DNA from: Octopus sinensis
Taxonomy: Eukaryota
Direction: 5' to 3'
NCBI RefSeq assembly: GCF_006345805.1
Contig: NW_021824835.1
Span: 1,984 to 65,983, forward strand
Length of the DNA stretch: 64,000 nt
The position numbers and the translations under genes were made by a program. Shown here one piece after another: positions 13,732 through 26,494 of this stretch; position 1 is the stretch's first letter, and the number at the start of each line of letters is the position of its first letter. The notes below the pieces were generated by a model, which was not told the origin of the DNA, ran no database searches, and saw only the letters and a program-made list of their open reading frames with translations.

Positions 13732-13767
13732 CTTTCTGCCGAAGAGCGTATGCTCGAAACGTCAAAG
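13732..13767 (+). ncRNA. Minimal hammerhead-like motif with variant 8-nt core, within a pLTR-like repeat (about 13600-13855)
   Basis: CTTT-CTGCCGAA-GAGC(GTAT)GCTC-GAAA-CG-TC-AAAG: helices I and II pair perfectly, palindromic ACGT helix III, GTC site; core differs from CUGANGA. Confidence 0.5.
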
Positions 13768-14522
13768 ACTTTCTCACTTTCCGAGCGTTAAACTAATACA
13801 TCTGTTTGTTGTTTACACACCCGTCTTCGTCTTTTGTTTTTGTGAATTCTCACTATATATATGTATGTATATATATATATATCCCTTCGTGTATTTCACG
13901 TTATTTATTTATGTAAAGGTTTATTTTATTATATATATATATATATGGTATATTTTTGTATGTGCGTATATGCATGTCAAAGATGCAGTCGGTTTACTCA
14001 GGTAGGCGAGCAGATAGTATGTATATTATGGTAAGTGCCAAACAAGCCTATTTATTCGCTTGTCTTGATTGACATTGCAGTGGGAGATACACGAGTAGCT
14101 GTTGGTAAATTACCTTTCAAAACACACCTGACAATCATTGTTAATAAGAGATGAATGGAAGTGTTTGTGTGTGAGTGGTAGTGCGGGGGGGGATTAGACG
14201 GCGAGAAGAAGAGTAAGAATGGGATAGGGAGAGAGAAAGGAGAGAGAGGTGGGGAAAAGCAGAAAGGTGGAGTAGATAGATAGACGTAGAAACCAAATGG
14301 AGGCAGATTGAGAAAAAATACAGAGAAATAGAGGGAAAGGGAGAGAGAGGGAAGGGGAGAGAAGAAACGAAGACAGATGTGGAGAGGATGAGAGTGAGGA
14401 AGAGACTCGTAGAAGGAGAGGCAGAGAGAAAGAGGGGGGAATAGGCAATTATATATCTAATGAAAAATGAGGGACCAAGTGAAAAAGACTCACAGGAGAG
14501 AAAGAAGGAGACGTAGAGGAGA

Positions 14523-14574
<52 letters not shown>

Positions 14575-14758
14575 TGTGGCAATACTTATACATCTTTATA
14601 GCGAGGTGTGTTTAGATAAAAGAAGCAAACCTTTGAGGTAAGGCGGGCGGGCACGCGTTCTTCAGTGTTTTGATGAACAGTACTTACTGCTAACACCTGA
14701 CGTGAAATCCATGACAGGTACTTAATACACATACACACATTCATATACATAATACATA

Positions 14759-14808
<50 letters not shown>

Positions 14809-14886
14809 TATATATGTATATATACATGTAGAGGTAGGTACGTACATATATGTATGTATATATGCATATGTTTTAGTTATTTATTA

Positions 14887-14932
<46 letters not shown>

Positions 14933-15619
14933 GTATATGTATATATGTATGTACGTATGTATGTATGTGTGTGCATGAATTTTTATATCGTTAGCATTTT
15001 ACTTAAGCAATGGAGGAGTGTTTTTTTTCTCTCGTTTGTTATTGCTGTATACTTAACGCCTTGTTTACTTAACCATTGTGCTGTGCTATTTTACTAAAAG
15101 TATTGCTTCCAGAACTAATCGCCTATTTTTCATACGGAATTTCTCTATCCGAGAGACGTGTTGTTTACGCTTGTTTTCCTTCCTACTTTTGTTTAGCATT
15201 ATCGTGATATGGTGTATTACTGTGGTTTCTTGTTCTAAGTGCATGCGAAGCTGATCGGAAAATGTCGTCCATGTTTAACCATTAAGACAGTCGTAGTCGT
15301 GATGTTTGCAAATTCCACGTTTGCTGGCCATTATATAAGTCATTAGTAACGTGTTCACAAGCATACAGGTTGCAGGTTACTTATATGGGTCTGTTTCATT
15401 TTTTTTGTTTCATTTTTATTGATATTGTTATTTATTTTAATACGCATGCCTGACGCACCCGAAGAGGAAGCACGCCGACAGTGTATGAATTTTTATAACT
15501 CTTTGTGTGTGCGTGTGTGTGTGTGTGGTCCTAACTTCAGCAAAGGTTACAATGCGATGTCTACCAAAACACCTACATGTCATGTGAAGGATTTTGTGTG
15601 CGCGCGTATTTACATATGT

Positions 15620-15655
<36 letters not shown>

Positions 15656-16398
15656 GCAAGCGGAAAATGGAGCTATGGCTATGCTGAATTCAAACATTTC
15701 ACCAGTATAGGTGACCAACTCTTCGAATTTCTCTCAGGACTCAAAAGCAATTTAAGATCTCACGTAAGAATATATGCTTATATTTACATCAGTCCATGCT
15801 TTCATCTATTCATGATGTTCATCTCTTCTACACGACGTTTCAGCGTTAGACTTACGGTTTTTTCCTCATTTTCACACGAACTTAATTAGCATATTTACCA
15901 TTTATCAACACAAAAGATCTCAACTTCCCTTGGATTCTACAGAATCGCCTTAAAATTGAACTCACATAACTCATTATCATTTTAATACTAAACGATGATG
16001 CTTAGTTCAACTTGAGGACAAAAATCTTGCCTCGCTTTATTTATCTTCAATTATGTAAAAATAAAATTGCCATGACATGCGTATATCTACTGGTTCCTCT
16101 ACGTTTTATAAGGTATAGACAAAATAATATTTTTTCTTCAGGGGCTCACGTGAATAGACTAACATTTACAGGGTACATTCGGGTGGTTAAGGGTAGGTTA
16201 TGTAAGTGAGAATGTGACACTCTGTATGCAGACGACTTCCTTGAGGTAATTAAATAAAATATCTTCCGCTCGTGTCGAGTTAAAAGAAATAAGAATATGT
16301 ATATGTGTGTATATACTGTATGTGTGTATATGTATATGTGTGTATAAAATGTGTATGTGTATAAACATTTTCAAATTTTATTGTGTGCATATACAAAA

Positions 16399-16530
<132 letters not shown>

Positions 16531-16580
16531 GTATACATATATATATATGGATGCGACACACACGTGTGCATGCATGTATG

Positions 16581-16616
<36 letters not shown>

Positions 16617-17222
16617 ATGTTCGCTCAAACACACACCACGCACACACATGCACACACCCACTCACGCACACACACACATATACACACACGCTGTATATCG
16701 TGTGCCTTCTTTTTCGATGTTTTCATATTTATGAAAGGAAGAAATGTTTTCGTACACGCACACACCTACCCACTCATGCAAACCCCACCCCATTCACTCA
16801 TCTAATATATATAGTGTATATGTCTATGAGTATGTCTATATACAGAACTTTATATGTGCGTGCACACGCGTGCTCATGATGTTATCAGTGGCCTGTGTGT
16901 ACAAATGTGTGTGTGTGTGTGTATGTGTGTGTGTGTGTGTGAAAACCTGCTGAGGCACATTCCAAGCAGCGGGTATAACAGAGGGGCATCTCCTCACCAC
17001 AGCCCCACCGCCACCATACATACATATACATACAGACGCCCTTGATTGTATAAATTTTAATTGGCAGGAAATTGCATAAAAAAAATTAACACTACCACAT
17101 TCTATAAAGCCATAAATACTATTTTACACTTATCCATGCGTTATACGCTATTCATGTACACGAGCTATATACTCATGCATGTTGTACGTGTTATACACCG
17201 ATATAAGCCATACACCTTCATT

Positions 17223-17345
17223 ATACAGTAATGTCTCGCAGTACGAGTTTAATTCATTCCATGACCGATCTCGTCTTACGATTTACTCGATTTACAAATC
17301 AATTTTCCGCATTGAAATTAACTAAAATATAATTAATCTGTTCCT
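17223..17345 (+). mobile_element. Possible Tigger/pogo-like MITE left end
   Basis: TA-CAGTAATGTCTCG start resembles the TIR at 25404; no partner TIR found. Confidence 0.3.
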
Positions 17346-17436
17346 GCCCCCCGCCTCACTCCAACTAATTTTTTATGGGTTTTGAACAGAAAAGGTGTAG
17401 TTGCAAGTAAAATTATTGGAAAAAAAAAAGAGAATT

Positions 17437-17565
17437 ATTCTGCTTTAGGCACAACGCCCTTAATTTTTGGGGAGGGAGCCAGTCGATTAGATCGACCCCA
17501 GTACGCAACTGATACTTAGTTTATTGACCTCAAAAGGATGAAATTCAAAGTCGACCTCGACGGGA
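17437..17565 (-). mobile_element. Family-B SINE, partial
   Basis: CCAGTCGATTAGATCGACCCCAGTACGCAACTG...AAAGTCGACCTCG block. Confidence 0.75.
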
Positions 17566-17669
17566 GTGCCACTATACACGTAAACCTGTCATAGATTTAA
17601 TTATGTTATACTCTTATGTTTGATACAAACACACACAAGCATACATACACACAAGCATTACATATATAT

Positions 17670-17975
17670 AAGGGCTACCATGAAGTCACTTGGAATGGAT
17701 CCAGAGGACAGAGAAACCCTTGCTTCGGATCGAGCTGGATGGCGAATAAAAAGCGTGGAGTAGAGTGAAAGCGTTTGAAGAGAGATTTCAGGGAGAATGT
17801 TACGATCGAGAAGGGGAATTCCAATGACCTTTTTGTGTGCACAGACAACTCCTTTCTTTTATCTGCAGCTCTTGGTGGTCCAAATCGGATATGCAATCTA
17901 TTTGGGTGTCTTTTCAATAGATTGTCTGGTTTAAAAATCCACATCAGACGCCATGATGGATATAAGGTGTAAGTA
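17670..17975 (+). mobile_element. RTE-clade LINE 3' end fragment
   Basis: Translates (with breaks) to KATMKSLGMDPEDRETLASDRAGWR...FVC...RLSGLKIHIRRH*, matching the RTE C-terminal WE.LA.DR..WR motif and terminal Cys/His motif. Confidence 0.65.
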
Positions 17976-18048
17976 CAGGAGGTGGTCAGACTCTGCATAA
18001 GGAGTACACAACGACTATGTATGTATAAGCTTACAAACATACACACAA

Positions 18049-18131
<83 letters not shown>

Positions 18132-19089
18132 ATATATATATACTGGAATATTCCAACGGATCATAATGTAATCTTTGTATTGTCCTTTTGCTTGCCCTCT
18201 TGATTTTTCACCCAAGGTATTTGAAAACGCAAGCTTATATAGCTATAAATGTTTTGTTCTTTTAATTTTGGTTGAGAAATGAAACAATTGTAGGTGATGA
18301 CATTAATCAATTAATAAATTAATTTGTATCCATTGGATCTCTCCGTTTTCAAACTTAACAATAATGTTTGCTATTTTATGATATTTTATATAATATATTC
18401 ATCGAAGAAATATCTCTTCAAAAGACAATATATTAAACCAGTGCATCTTGGATAAGAATGTCCCTATAAGAGCTCTAAATATCCTCATATATGTATGTGT
18501 GTACACACACATACATACATACACACATACATACGCACACACACACACATATACATTCAGACATAGATATATGTCTGCATGTATGTATGTTAATCAAATA
18601 TATATTCTATGCACGTTATACACGCAATGCACTCTTAGAAGCTGCCTCGGTACACTTATACACTCTATAAGCCCCGTGCAATGCATACAGCTTGATACAC
18701 TCTACGTACTGTACAACTGTAGCACTGTTGTTGTTTAACTTCAAGTCAGCCTTCATCGAGCAGCCTATGAGCATAGTCTTTCCACACATGACCGACCACT
18801 CATATATATTTCAAGCACCATGTATTCAGGTATCTGTTTGCCTGGGTGTCCGTGCTATTTTTAAAGAGAATAGGATGTATTTTGAGGTAGATTTAGCTGC
18901 TTTTTTTAGACGATTAACTGACCATTTATACGATTTTTCATTAGCTCTTATGCAGTTATAATACAGTGTTCTTGTTGTTGATTACCACAAGTTCTGCCTA
19001 AATTGGACAGTGGCGTTCCGACCGTGACGATCTAGTCTTTCATATCCCAGATAAACTGAAGAAGTAGTATAATATTGGTTGTAAATTTT

Positions 19090-19268
19090 TTTCAAGGAAG
19101 GGGGTGATTCGATTACATCGATCTCAGTGTACAACAGGTACTTATTTTATCGACCCCTAAAGGATGAAAGGTACAGTTGACCTCGGTGGAATTTGAACTC
19201 AGAAGACAGACGAAATCCTGGTAAGCATTTTACCCGGTAAGGTAACGATTTTACCAGCTCGCCACCTT
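19090..19268 (-). mobile_element. Family-B SINE
   Basis: Ends CCAGCTCGCCACC; B-box complement GGAATTTGAACTC. Confidence 0.8.
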
Positions 19269-19449
19269 CAGAGAACAAGTATACTATTTATGGGGCACCA
19301 TGCATGGAAAGTATACAATTATTTATGTACACAATACAGAAAGTAAAGAAATTCTACTGTACCCCGCTTGAAAAGTAAACAGAATATTGACCTGCTCCGC
19401 ATGATAAGTAGAAAGTTACTAGCAAAACCCAAATGGAGAGTAAAATGTT

Positions 19450-19790
19450 AGGAATGCACCCTGAATGAAAAAATATTAGTTATTGTGAACTCCGAATGTA
19501 ACGTAAAAAAAAATTATCGACGCGTTCCGGATTGCAAGTAAGAGAAAAAGTACTTGCAGAACTCGAAAGACAAATAGAAGAATTATCGATACACCCTGAA
19601 TAGAAAATAAAACAATTACTGATGCACCCTGAATAGAAAATAAAGCAATTAGTGATGCACCACGCATGGAAAATAAGCAATTATTGACGCACCCTAAAGA
19701 TATTTGGGGTGCACCCCGAATGCAAAGTAAACAATTATTATTCACCCCGATTCGAAAGCAAACTTTCCCCGAACGGAAAGATAAAATATT
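19450..19790. repeat. Degenerate minisatellite, unit about 32-33 bp (GATGCACCCTGAATAGAAAATAAAGCAATTAnT)
   Basis: Best-conserved units at 19588-19685, with roughly ten progressively diverged units. Confidence 0.65.
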
Positions 19791-20084
19791 GTGCGCCGCA
19801 CTTGAGACTTTAAAAAATACTATTTTGAAATATAAAATTTCGTAAAAGTAGAGGAAACTCTTTTCAGTCATTGGACTGCGGCCATTCTGTTGCTACCTTG
19901 TAAAATTATTCCTGTTTGTTTACTCATCTGATGCTCAACCGATTGTAACAATATTAATAATAGTTTTCTGATTTATGCTCAGGGATAATAATTTTGAAGG
20001 GCGGGATGTTAGTCGATGTCCCCCCATCTCAGTATTTAACTGGTGCTGGGGCCGATTATATGTTATTGGGATACTATTGGCTTA

Positions 20085-20296
20085 AAAATTTTGGCACAAG
20101 GCCAGCAAGTTCGGAGGAAGGGGTTAAGTCGATTACATCGACCCCAATGCTTGATTGCTACTTATTTTATAGACCCCGACAGGATGAAAAAAGGATAGAT
20201 AACTTCGGCGAAGTTTTAAAATCAGAAAACAAAGAACCGGGGAAATTCTGCAGAGCATTTTGTCCGGCGTGCTAACGATTCTGCCAGCTCACCGCT
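20085..20296 (-). mobile_element. Family-B SINE, diverged
   Basis: GGCACAAGGCC...GTCGATTACATCGACCCC...GTGCTAACGATTCTGCCAGCTCACCGC. Confidence 0.75.
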
Positions 20297-21604
20297 TTAA
20301 TTCTAATGAAAATAATAAGAAATGTCAGACATTTCCTGTGGCATCTATCTCTCTTTGGGGAGTGTAGGGTGGAGGAGGAGGAGGGAGAGGGAGCACTTGC
20401 TGTAGTTCCTTGACTTACAGTTTAAGTCAGTCAATCTTAGCATGACCTAACTCGCTATGGAACTTGTTTTTATTCAATTAACTTCTTCCAAGACATAGGG
20501 CTGTAGTGGAGACAGCGGTGGCGGAGGCGGTGACGACCGTGGCACTTGCTGCTGTGTCATTTACTGTTTTAATTATTCCATTAGCAAACCTTCCTTTCGT
20601 TCTGTAATTCATTTCTAGCCTCTCGCGGTTTAGTGTAAAGTGTTTGTTATTCCATTGACGTAACAAACATTTTTATAAAAGCGAACGAAGTTTCGAGGAG
20701 TTAGGGGAGAGGTGGGGAATATTTTTTAGACCCTGGGGACTAATTACTAGTACATAAGAAACTGTAGGGGGCGCATCTGTGCCGAGTAAAATAATAAACG
20801 GTTAATTTTATAAATTCATAGACATGCAGTAAACTTATATTGAATTACTCTTGCAATTTTAAGGTTTAAAACAGTCATGTGCAAACTGACTTCTTGAATG
20901 GACTTCCTGGATGATACGCCTAACGAAATATTACCTCGAATTTTTGAGGTGAAGTGTGGCCCGCTTAATGATGAGTCATATCTCGTGCGGCCCGCTTCTC
21001 GAGAAAGGTTATCTATGCCTGGCTTAATATAGGTTTTTGCTTATTTCATGAGGTGTTCCGATAGAGTTTTAGGGACTTCGCTTGTGAGAAGTGTTAGATT
21101 TGAATCGGAGAAGCATCGGATGAGATGCCTTGTGGTATTCAACTCGCTCTTTGAATTCTGAGCTCAAATCCCACTGAGGTGGGGATCGATATAATCATAT
21201 ATCCCCACCTCCGCACACACACACTCAGCTTCATAGCCTTATGCCTAATTAAGATTAAAAGCGGCGGTTTATTATTATTGTTTTTATTTATGCATTCATT
21301 TATTTAGTATATTATTATTTATTTTGTTTTTTGCATTTTTCACGGTTTTACCTAAAAACCTTGCGATGTCTCATACGTTTTTCCATAGCTGGTTTAAAGC
21401 CGTTGCGTGGCCGATTCGGCAAAGTAACTCGTAGTTAAATAGTATTTTGTTGTGAGTTCAAATCCCACCAACCTCGACTTTGTTTTCTAATCGATATTCT
21501 CATTCTAAATCAATGATCAACAATTTTTTCTGTAACGGCTCACTTTTCAAAATTTTAAAATCGAATTTATCCTTGACCTGCATGTGTATAATATCTTAAT
21601 TTAT

Positions 21605-22008
21605 TTATTTATTACCCACATGCGGCTAAACATAGAGGGGACAAACAAGGACAGACAAAGGGATTAAGTCGATTACATCGACCCCAGTGCGTTATTAGTA
21701 CTCATTTAATTAACCCCGAAAAGATGAAAGGCAAAGTTGACCTCGGTGGAATTTGAACTTATAACGTAACAGCAAACGAAATACCTATTTCTTTACTACA
21801 CACAAGAGACTAAACACAGAGAGGACAAACAAGGACAGACAAACGGATTAAGTCGATTATATTGACCCCGGTGCATAAGTGGTACTTATTTAATCGACCC
21901 CGAAAGGATAAAAGGCAAAGTCGACCTCGGCGGAATTTGAACTCAGAACGTAGCGGCAGACGAAATACTGCCAAGCATTTCGCCCGGCGTGCTAACGATT
22001 CTCGCCGT
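21605..22008 (-). mobile_element. Composite (dimeric) family-B SINE
   Basis: Two units joined at GAAATACC|TATTTCTTTACT (about 21785), the same junction as at about 9158. Confidence 0.85.
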
Positions 22009-22267
22009 CCTTGTATATAATATCTTTATTATCCGGTCCGGTGACCTGCCCTACGAATACGATTCTTTAATGCCAGACGTTCCTAACGAGCGATGTGGGA
22101 CATGAACGTCCGTCTTTTAGACACATGTGTCATTCACAAACTGAAATATCCCTTATGCATATGCCATGTCGACAGATGATAGCAGCAGTAAACTTACTGA
22201 ATTATTTAATCCTGATCATTGACAGTTTGTTGTCTCTTCATCTGTTCAGTATCAGGCGCTGATCTAC

Positions 22268-22428
22268 GGCGCAGGCGTTGCGCTGTGGTAAGATGCTGGC
22301 TTCCAACAACATGGTTTCGGGCTCCGTTCCACTGCATGGCACTTTGCACAAATGTCTTCTAGTATAGCCCCTGACCGACCAAAGCCTTGTGCGTGGATTT
22401 AGTAGACGAAGACTGAAAGAAGCACGTC
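22268..22428 (+). mobile_element. Family-A SINE, 5' half
   Basis: GGCGCAGGCGTTGCGCTGTGGTAAG head through GAAAGAAGCACGTC. Confidence 0.8.
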
Positions 22429-22464
22429 ATATATATATTATATATATATATATATTATATATAT

Positions 22465-22498
<34 letters not shown>

Positions 22499-23538
22499 CA
22501 AATACATATACATATATACATATCACACCGTCTCCGATGAAGGGATATTAGTAATTAATATCCTAGAAACAGCTGTAAGACCTTCTATCTATAAATGCTC
22601 TAATATCTATACAGCCTTGGTTTTTTTATCTCATTACGCAAAAAATTCATATATACACACGCTGACATAGAACCAACGTTGAACCCTTTATTCGCAATAT
22701 TACCGAATCTGGAACTTAACTATGGTCTGTCTATAGCATTTATTCAGCATTACGTAGCACTTATATACATACAGGGCGAAGTCACTAGATATGTAAGTAA
22801 GTCATCTAATCACCCCGCGAATATACTAAAATCATTAGTTAAAAATATTTCTCAAAGAATTTCAAAATTATCATCAAATAGTGAAATCTTTAACTCTCAC
22901 TCTAACCATTACAATATCGCATTATCCAAGGCTGGATATGACCAGGAAATTACCTTCCTTGATATGGATAGCTCAAATCTCCTAAATAATATAGTGAATG
23001 GAAATGACGTAAGTAATATAAACTCTCATACCCTACATAAACATGAATTAATAGAGAAAAAGAACCTAGTGTATAAACCTAATTATAGGAATAAAAATAG
23101 TGAACAGACCATAAATAAATATAAAAATGCTAACCTAGATAAGCCCGATAGGCATAAAAATAGTACTAAAAGGAATAATAATTCTCGTACGAATACTGAT
23201 AACACTAATCCTTCCCACTCTTACTTAAACAAAAAATATAAAAGAGAAAATATCATTTGGCTAAATATCCCCTTTAATTGATCGATCTCGATGAATGTGT
23301 ACAGTAGATTTAAATCTATACCGGAAAAAATTTCCCAGCCTCCCATAAATATCATAAAAAATAATTTGTAGGAGATCAGTAAGAAGTTCATATTCCACTC
23401 TCCCAAACATAGCTACCATAATAGCTAGACTTAATAGTAAAAACATTAAGTTAGCCAGGAGTAGAATGAATAGTAACAGCAATGATAGTAATAATAATTG
23501 TAATAATAGCATTAACAATTGTAATAATAATAATAATG

Positions 23539-23586
<48 letters not shown>

Positions 23587-23992
23587 GTAATAATAAAAAT
23601 AATATTAATAATGATGATGACAATAATAATAATAATAAATATAATAACAACATTGATGTAAATAGTAATAATAACAATACCAATAATATAGGTAGTATAG
23701 ATAAAAGTATGGTAGGTGATGATGGTGAGGATGGATTAATAACTAGTAACCCTAATTTGCATAACAACGTGATTACTAATAATGAAAGTAATACTAATAC
23801 TAATAATAATTTAAATAACAGAAATGTAAGTGAACTGTCCTTATATAATTCCAGTACCGAACACTATCCCCCCAGTTGTAATTGTAGGATTAGATCAAAA
23901 TGTCCGGTATCTCGTCGTTGTTCGGTCCAAAACGTAATTAATAATGCGCGATAATAACTTCAAACAATTGCTTTCTTTATTTCAGATGTTCG

Positions 23993-24298
23993 GTGGATCT
24001 TAAAAGATGTCTTAGCAATCATTTTTCCTCTTTTAGGCTCAAACATAAGGCAGGTTGCACAACACTATCTAGCAAAATTTGGGAACTAAAAACAAATAAT
24101 ATAGAATTCAACCTAAAATGGGATATAGTTAGAAGGGCGCAACCTTATAGAAATAGTAGGGATGGTTGTCAACTTTGTTCGATGGAAACTTATGAAATTT
24201 TAAAACATCAGAGTAATACAAATCTGTTGAATAATCGTCTGGAGTTGGGAGCATCTTGTATACATTGCACAACCCGAACGTTTAAATACTTTAAATAA
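23993..24298 (+). pseudogene. GIY-YIG endonuclease C-terminal part of the PLE
   Basis: NHxSSF, T.LS..IWELK, CxLC..E..EI and LN.R.E...C.H motifs; the N-terminal GIY/YIG strands just upstream are degenerate (VIN.../YFR). Confidence 0.8.
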
Positions 24299-24891
24299 TA
24301 ATTTTGTGAGTATTCCTATATTTTTCAAATTTTAATTCTTTATAATCAAATAAGAAGAAATATACTATACTAGCTTTCAATTTAACATTCATAGATGACT
24401 AAAAAAAACTTCACGGCAAACTTGAAATTGGAATTTTTTTCTAAATTTAATCTAGCTTTAAAGTTAATAAGGTTTTCCCCCACTTAAAAAATACTATGCC
24501 TACTCATAATAATAAGTGATAGGTTTTTTTCCACTTTCTTTCTCTAAATTACACTCTCTGTGAATGGGATTAGGACCTTTTGACATTGACCTAGTTTCTC
24601 TCACCAAATAGCAGTAATTAACATTTATTAGTGGCAATTGCTGTCTTCAACATGAATTCCTTTTATGGAGTTCTGAAACCTCATTTACCCCATTTCTACA
24701 ATTAAAAAATTCTTTATTGCTTCTAACCTTACAGCAGTTAGGAACAGCCATATCTTAGTCAGTCAGTGGAAGGACTTCACTACCTCATATGTTCTTAAAA
24801 TTTAAATCTACATCTTTGTCTGTATATCTACCTTCTCTATAATGTTGCCACTTGATTTGAAAATTTTTGTATTAATGGAAAACCTCTATAA

Positions 24892-24974
24892 TTGGCTGAT
24901 GAGTACTCAGCATCTTAAATCTGTTGTAATACTTACAATATTTAATAAAATGATGTAGTACGAAATCGTACCAA
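24892..24974 (+). ncRNA. Type I hammerhead ribozyme motif in the PLE 3' pLTR
   Basis: TTGG-CTGATGA-GTACT...AGTAC-GAAA-TCG-TA-CCAA; internal helix II pairings CATC/GATG, TTAAAT/ATTTAA, TTGTAA/TTACAA. Confidence 0.72.
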
Positions 24975-25060
24975 ATTGCCGGAGTCATTCTTGTTGCTTA
25001 TTTTGATATATATATATATATATAATATATATATATATATATTATATATATATATATATA

Positions 25061-25245
25061 ATTATAATTTAGTGTATCTAAGAGACTCTACCACGAAGGA
25101 AATAGCTGCCAAATCTTGACTCTAAAACCACATCAAATGTTCATATAGCTCCTGGTGCTGTATGAACATTTAATGTGATTTTAGAGTCAAGTTTTGGCTG
25201 CTATTTCCAGCGTGGTAGTGTCTCTTAGATATCCTAAATTATAAT
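25061..25245. repeat. Fold-back inverted repeat, arms about 85 bp, 7-nt loop
   Basis: 25061-25149 is the reverse complement of 25157-25245, with several mismatches. Confidence 0.85.
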
Positions 25246-25331
25246 TTTAATAATAATTATTACCTTTGAAGGTTTATATTCCCATGCTGGTCACTTGATA
25301 AAATCGATATTTAAATTAACGTTCTTATCCT

Positions 25332-25373
<42 letters not shown>

Positions 25374-25403
25374 CAGAGAGAGACAGAGAGAGAGACAGAG
25401 AGA

Positions 25404-25602
25404 CAGTAATCACTCGCCATATCGCGGTTCACGTATCGCAGTTTATTATTTAAGCTTACGTCGATTCCTCCGTGGAAAAATATACAAATTATAAAAGTAA
25501 TTTTCAAAAATATAGAGTACAGTGCTGTTTCTACTTCGCGGGTTTTCCCCTATCGCGGGGTGGTTTTTGAACGTAACACCCGCGATAGGCGAGCGATTAC
25601 TG
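25404..25602. mobile_element. 199-bp Tigger/pogo-like MITE
   Basis: TIRs CAGTAATCACTCGCCATATCGCGG and CCGCGATAGGCGAGCGATTACTG. The expected TA target duplication is not preserved. Confidence 0.72.
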
Positions 25603-25603
25603 A

Positions 25604-25659
<56 letters not shown>

Positions 25660-25661
25660 AA

Positions 25662-25944
25662 AATTTTTTATAATTATGAGTATAATTATAATTAGGGTTC
25701 AGCAAAAATTTGCTTCACCACATACGGAAATTAGAAATAGCAGTTAAAACGAACTATTTCACTACCATAAGAAAATCTCCCAGACAACAATACTCAGGTG
25801 GGTTGTTGAGTATTGTTATCTGGGAGATGTTGTTATGGTAGTGAAATAGTTCGTTTTAACTGCTATTTCTAAATTTCCGTATGTGGTGAAGCAAATCTTC
25901 TGCTGAACCCTAATTAAAATTGTACTCATAATTATAAAAAAATT
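25662..25944. repeat. Fold-back inverted repeat, arms about 135 bp, 10-nt loop; followed by a decayed HHR-like motif (25953-25996)
   Basis: 25662-25796 is the reverse complement of 25807-25944, with a few mismatches and indels. Confidence 0.9.
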
Positions 25945-26220
25945 CGTTTAAGTTTATCGATGATGGTTCTTTTAACATACCGAACTACTTGGTAAAATTA
26001 TTAATTATTAATTAACTAATTAATTAATTTTACCATTTATTATTATTGATATATATATATATATACATATATATATATGATACGATGGCACGTATGCTTA
26101 CATACGTGTATGAATGTCTATATACGCATATACCAGCTTTATCTATTCTTCTTACCCATCAAGTCAACGACTACACCGGGGTGTATAAGTATATTCAGAG
26201 GTATAGGTTCATACGTTTAT

Positions 26221-26291
<71 letters not shown>

Positions 26292-26494
26292 TTTGAGTGA
26301 CACGAAGCTGAAAGAGTTTCTTTTTCCCACCCACCCACAACTGGCGGGGGTGGGTGGGGCTGTATCACTTAATTCCGCACCGTTGATCAGTCACACACCA
26401 ATTCCCTACAGACCTGTTGAAGACAAGCTAGTAAGGGTTCCTCCGTCTGGTTAGGTTGCAAGAAACAGCAGCCAAATCTCCTTCACTTTGTCTC

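Larger units (their letters stand above)
22679..24995 (+). mobile_element. 5'-truncated Penelope-like element: RT thumb, Cys-rich linker, GIY-YIG endonuclease and 3' pLTR with hammerhead
   Basis: RYVSKSSNHPANILKSLVKNISQRISKLSSNSEIFN...ALSKAGY; RENIIWLNIP; NIKLARSRMN; CNCRIRSKCPVSRRC; LKRCLSNHFSSF...TTLSSKIWELK...KWDIV...CQLCSMETYEIL...LLNNRLELGASCIH. Several stops and frameshifts. Confidence 0.88.

Noticed and set aside
19450-19790. CRISPR-like periodicity
   Set aside because: Units are contiguous and degenerate with no unique spacers; eukaryotic context and no cas genes.
20950-21022. hAT-like terminal sequence (GCGGCCCGC...AAAGGTTATCTATGCCTG)
   Set aside because: Only one putative end; no matching TIR or TSD identified.
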